Below, piece by piece: positions 60,401 to 64,000 of a stretch of 64,000 nt of DNA. Below the pieces are notes generated by a model. It worked only from the letters and a program-made list of their open reading frames with translations. It did no database searches and was not told the DNA's origin. The DNA comes from Terriglobia bacterium (GTDB lineage Bacteria; Acidobacteriota; Polarisedimenticolia; Polarisedimenticolales; JAIQFR01). How positions within the stretch are numbered: position 1 is the first letter of the stretch; every line of letters begins with the position of its first letter. The stretch covers positions 320,001 to 384,000 of the forward strand of contig CAVVHE010000005.1 in assembly GCA_963748015.1 (NCBI GenBank). The letters run 5' to 3'. Position numbers and translations under genes: made by a program.

Positions 60401-62122
60401 CTGGGAGGCCACGCTGGCCGGGCCGGTGCCCGACGTGGACACGCGCGCCTTGGTGTAGTCGGTGCCGCCGTCGTTCGCGGTGTAGTGGTTGCCCACCACG
60501 ATGCCGTTCTTCACGGTCGCGGGGGCGTAGGTGCGGTACGGATCCGGGACGAGATCCTTGTCGGTGTCTTGGCCCGAGTTCCCGGCGGCCACGAACAGCA
60601 TCGCGTCCGGATACTCGTAGAGGAACTGGTCGGCCTGCTGCGGGTACGTGGTGTACGCGCTCCGGTCGGCCGTCGCCGTCGAGCCCCAGGACCAGTTGAA
60701 TACCCTCGCGCCGTACCGACCGTAGCCGTAGCACAGGGTGCCCTGCGCGAAGCCCGCGGTCGCGTCGCACACGCTCGCCGGCGTGTACGCGAGGCCCGGC
60801 TTCAGCGTCGTCGCCGTCGGGCCGGCGCACGCGGCCAGGGTCGTGGAGACCTGGCAGTCGAACACGCCGATCTTCGCGCCCTTCGCGACGCCGTCGATCG
60901 CCCACGGCCGCTGGGTATTCGGGTCGATCGCGTACCAGGAGCCGCCGTAGGACGCGGCCGTCCTCGACGCGTTGCCCACGGCGACCGACGCGACGATGTG
61001 GCCGTGCGTGAAGCCGCCGGTCATCGGCGCGTCGCAGCCGAGCAGGTCGCCCGAGCCGGTGCCGAATCCGGTCGTCGCCCTGTAGTCCACCACCTTGCGG
61101 TGGACGGTGCCGGGCGTTCCGGCATCGGTCTTCGTGTTCGACAGATCGCCGGCGTCGATCGAGATGCCGGTGTCGGTGATCGAGAGGACCTGGGGCGACG
61201 TCCCGGTCACCCCGTTGCCGCCGCCGTCGATCCCGGCGTCGTGGTACGGAACCGCGCCCATGTTCCAGTGGCCGGTCTGGATCGTGGTCGTCGCCTTCTC
61301 GTCGAGGGGAACGTAGATCCCCTCCTCGTAGACCGCGTAGACCGGATCGAGCGAGGCGATGTCGCCCAGCCTGCCGCGGTCGATCTCGACGTCCACCTGC
61401 GCCGGGGAGACCGCCAGGATCGTGGCGCCCATCGCCTGGAGGGCGCGGGCGACCGCGCCGGCGTCCTCGCCAGGGAACAGCCGGACCTGGAGCGAGTACA
61501 CGCTCGAGAGCGCCTTCGCCGGATCCGTCAGGGGCGACCGCCCGATGTCCGGATCGAGCTTGAACGCGGGGTGATACGGCTCGAGGAAGCGAACGCCCCC
61601 CTGCCCCTGGACTGCGGCGTACCCGGCCTGCGTCAGGCGGACGATGAACCCGTCCGGGCCCAGGCTCTGCGAGAGGGCGCCGCCGGCGCTCTCGATGCTC
61701 TCCTGTAGGCGCGCGAACGACCCGTCCGCGTACATCGAGCGTTCGACCTCGAGCAGGAAGTACTGCGCCTTCTGCTTGCCGAGCTTGACGGTTGTCCGCA
61801 GCTCCAGCGGAATGGCGGGAACGCCTCGATTCGTGTCGATCGCGCCCGCCACCGTGTACAGCACGCCCGTCGCGGGCGGGTTCGCCGGGTCGACGTTCCC
61901 CACGTGGGGACCGGTGGCGTAAGGCCACTGGTAGTTGGCCCGGGGGTACAGCGTCGGGAGCTGGGCGTCCACGTCCTCCGCGGGGATGAGCGCCTGCTTG
62001 CCTGCATCGGGCGCCTTGGCTGGCTGATCGGCGAACGCCCCCGTCATCGGAAGCAGGGCCAGGCCGAGGACCGCTGCGAAACCGGCGAGCGAACTCCACC
62101 CGATCCGAAGTCGATCGCGCAT
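54463..62122 (-). CDS. giant secreted S8 subtilase-like multidomain protein, copy 2 (~2,550 aa; one frameshift near 55527)
   Basis: ORF 54791-62122 joins 54463-55569 if one base of a C run is removed (FDPTDP-NRQY). Same S8 motifs, with NGSSFA at the catalytic Ser. Confidence 0.85.
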
Positions 62123-62232
62123 AGTTACCCCATGGTGGACGGTGTCCCGGTCGGCACGTCCATCACGCCTCCCGGGCGGACGCTCCGCACGCGCAGTAGT
62201 CGCGCGTGGAAGTGCGCCCCCTCTCCCCGAGA

Positions 62233-62261
62233 CTAGTACGGCGCGTGACCCTGGATGTCAA
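62233..62261 (-). promoter_or_regulatory. possible sigma70 promoter for the S8 tandem
   Basis: Perfect TTGACA, 17-nt spacer, weak -10 TACTAG. Confidence 0.3.
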
Positions 62262-62360
62262 TAGGGGAGACGATCCCGCCCGGCGCGGGCGGATATTGGC
62301 TGTCTCGGCGAGCTAATCCTACGCGGGCGGGCGCGTCGCCGCCGGCGTTCGCGGACAGCT

Positions 62361-64000
62361 TTACTCGATCCGGGCGACGCCGATCGGCTGCCCCCCGCGC
62401 GTGACTGGCGTGGCGCTTCGCTTCTGCCTGGTGATGGGATCCTGGCGGATACCACCCTGATCGTGGGGGACGATGACGACGTCTTGTCCTGCCCCGATGT
62501 TCCCGGACGCGTCTAACGCCTGATACCGGAGCGTGTACGTCCGGCCGGGACCATTGCCGTCCCGCTCCGCTCGAAGGAGCATGTCGAAGTCCGGGGTGCC
62601 GAGAATCGCACCCTGGATGTCGTTGGTCGTGTTCCCATCCCCTCCGCCCGGCGCGTCGTCCGGTTCGCTCGAGATGACGGAAGCCAGGATGATCTGGGGT
62701 GACGGATCACAGGCATCGTGCACGACCACGCGACTGTGGACGGGATACATCGCGTGGTTTGGCGGCCACAGATAGTGAGGACTCGACTCGACCGTCACCG
62801 ACGGAGGCGTGGTATCCACCACGGTCACGACGGTCTGGCACGTGGCCGGGTTCCCGGCGCCGTCCCTGGCCGTGAACGTCACCGTCGTGGAGCCCAGGGG
62901 GTACGAGCCCGACGCATCCGCCCCACCCGCGGTCCTGTCGTTGGTGATCGCGACCGCTCCGAAGCAGCATGTCGGTCGCGGTCGCGGGGGGAAGCGCAAT
63001 CGGTGATTGCCCCGCGGCCTGGCATTCCACCCGCATGCTCGACGGGCAGGTGATGACGGGCGGAGTGGTGTCCTGGACGGTGATGATCGTGCCGTCGGTC
63101 CCGGTCGCACCGGCTTTGTCCGTCACCGTCAGGAGAACGTCGTGGACTCCGAGCGAGAACGGAACGGACGCTGTTTCGGCGCTGGCCAAGGTGGATCCGC
63201 TCTCCGACCAGACGAAACTGACGATGTCGTCGTTCGTGCGCGGGGTCGAATCGACGTCGGTGCTGGCCGAGCCGTCGAGCGCTGCCGTCGCCTTTCCGTC
63301 ACCCGTGCATTCGAGGACCTGGTCCGGACCGGCGTCGGCGACGGGCGGTTGGTTCGCGGGCCCGTATTCCCAGAGATCGCCAAAGAGGACGCTGTTGTTG
63401 TTCACGCCTCCGAAGAGCACGGCGACCCCTCGCGTACTGTCGTAGGCCATGGCGAAGTAACCGCGGCTCACCGCGGCTGGCGGCCGGCGTCCTCTGAACC
63501 CACGTGTTCCCGTCCCACTCCCACGTAGGAGGGGTCCCGATTGGAGTGGGCCATCCTCCGAAGCGCACGACGCGTCCCCGTGCGCTGTCGTAGGCCATCG
63601 CGGATCCCTCGCAAAAGAGCTGGCTGTTGGCGGGCGACTTCCGGGTCCACGTGCTTCCGTCCCACTCCCACGTATCGGCCAACACCAGGGAGCCGGTCCC
63701 CTTGCCCCCGAACAGCACGACGCGCCCGCGCGCGCTGTCGTACGCCATCGCGTGGTATTCGCGCGCGGGTGGGCTCGTGGCGGGCGTCCTCTGAACCCAG
63801 GTGTTCCCGTCCCACTCCCAGGTGTCGGCGAGGCGCTGGAGCTGGCGATTCGCGTCGTAGTAGGATCCGCCGAAGAGCAGGACGACCCCTCGCGCGCTGT
63901 CGTACGCCATCGCGTGGTTCTGGCGGGCCGGTGGACTCGTGCCGGGCGTCCGCGGGATCCAGGAGTCTCCGTCCCACTCCCACGTGTCGGCGAGGTAACT
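62361..64000 (-). CDS. kelch-PKD-HYR-LWPPNH paralogue, 3' part (runs off the window; frameshifts near 63470 and 62967)
   Basis: Pieces 63299-64000, 62707-63471 and 62361-63110 are collinear with the C-terminal half of 43601-46501. Confidence 0.82.

Larger units (their letters stand above)
46770..62192. repeat. ~7.7-kb direct tandem duplication (gene plus 5' leader)
   Basis: Identical 3' ends TCACCTGCAGGCCGACGGG at 46770 and 54463. Shared leader CCCGGTCGGCACGTCCATCACGCCTCC near 54401 and 62146. Confidence 0.9.

Noticed and set aside
56867..61708. Very long antisense or alternate-frame ORFs (also 4711-8142, 35250-39146, 47202-49898, 51294-54587)
   Set aside because: Arg/Gly/Pro-rich shadows of real genes, expected at high GC, with no recognisable motifs.
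43601..64000. Diversity-generating retroelement or prophage/ICE as the source of variation
   Set aside because: No reverse transcriptase, adenine-specific TR/VR pair, integrase or phage gene was seen in the window.

Overview
High-GC bacterial genomic window. Gene content and protein style suggest Acidobacteriota, possibly Polarisedimenticolia-like; this is inference only. No rRNA, tRNA, CRISPR array, transposase or integrase was seen. 1-42.6 kb is mostly housekeeping and envelope genes: the end of an RND efflux operon with two PII-like genes, an amidase, a 14-repeat kelch/Ca-binding surface protein, DacB, Smr, a PPIase, pcnB, a Tat-exported PLP enzyme with a lipoprotein RidA, ptb and a frameshifted acyltransferase-butyrate kinase fusion, S9 peptidase, RNB nuclease, hydrolases, two LysM-inserted DUF1571-like paralogues, a DRG-like GTPase, DUF4301 and addBA. 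An Xre-RES toxin-antitoxin pair follows. From 43.6 kb to the window end lies a minus-strand cluster of giant secreted proteins: a kelch-PKD-HYR gene, two tandem ~2,550-aa S8 subtilase paralogues, and another kelch-PKD-HYR gene. Most notable observations: (1) three copies of a ~190-bp rod-like palindromic element with a conserved 140-bp covarying core and copy-specific self-complementary arms; (2) an unannotated small membrane ORF with an in-frame UGA followed by a SECIS-like hairpin (candidate selenoprotein); (3) a shared Cys-terminated C-terminal domain on three large secreted proteins of two unrelated types (candidate sorting or anchoring domain); (4) kelch propellers with near-invariant scaffolds and hypervariable loops. 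Several frameshifts look like assembly indel errors.
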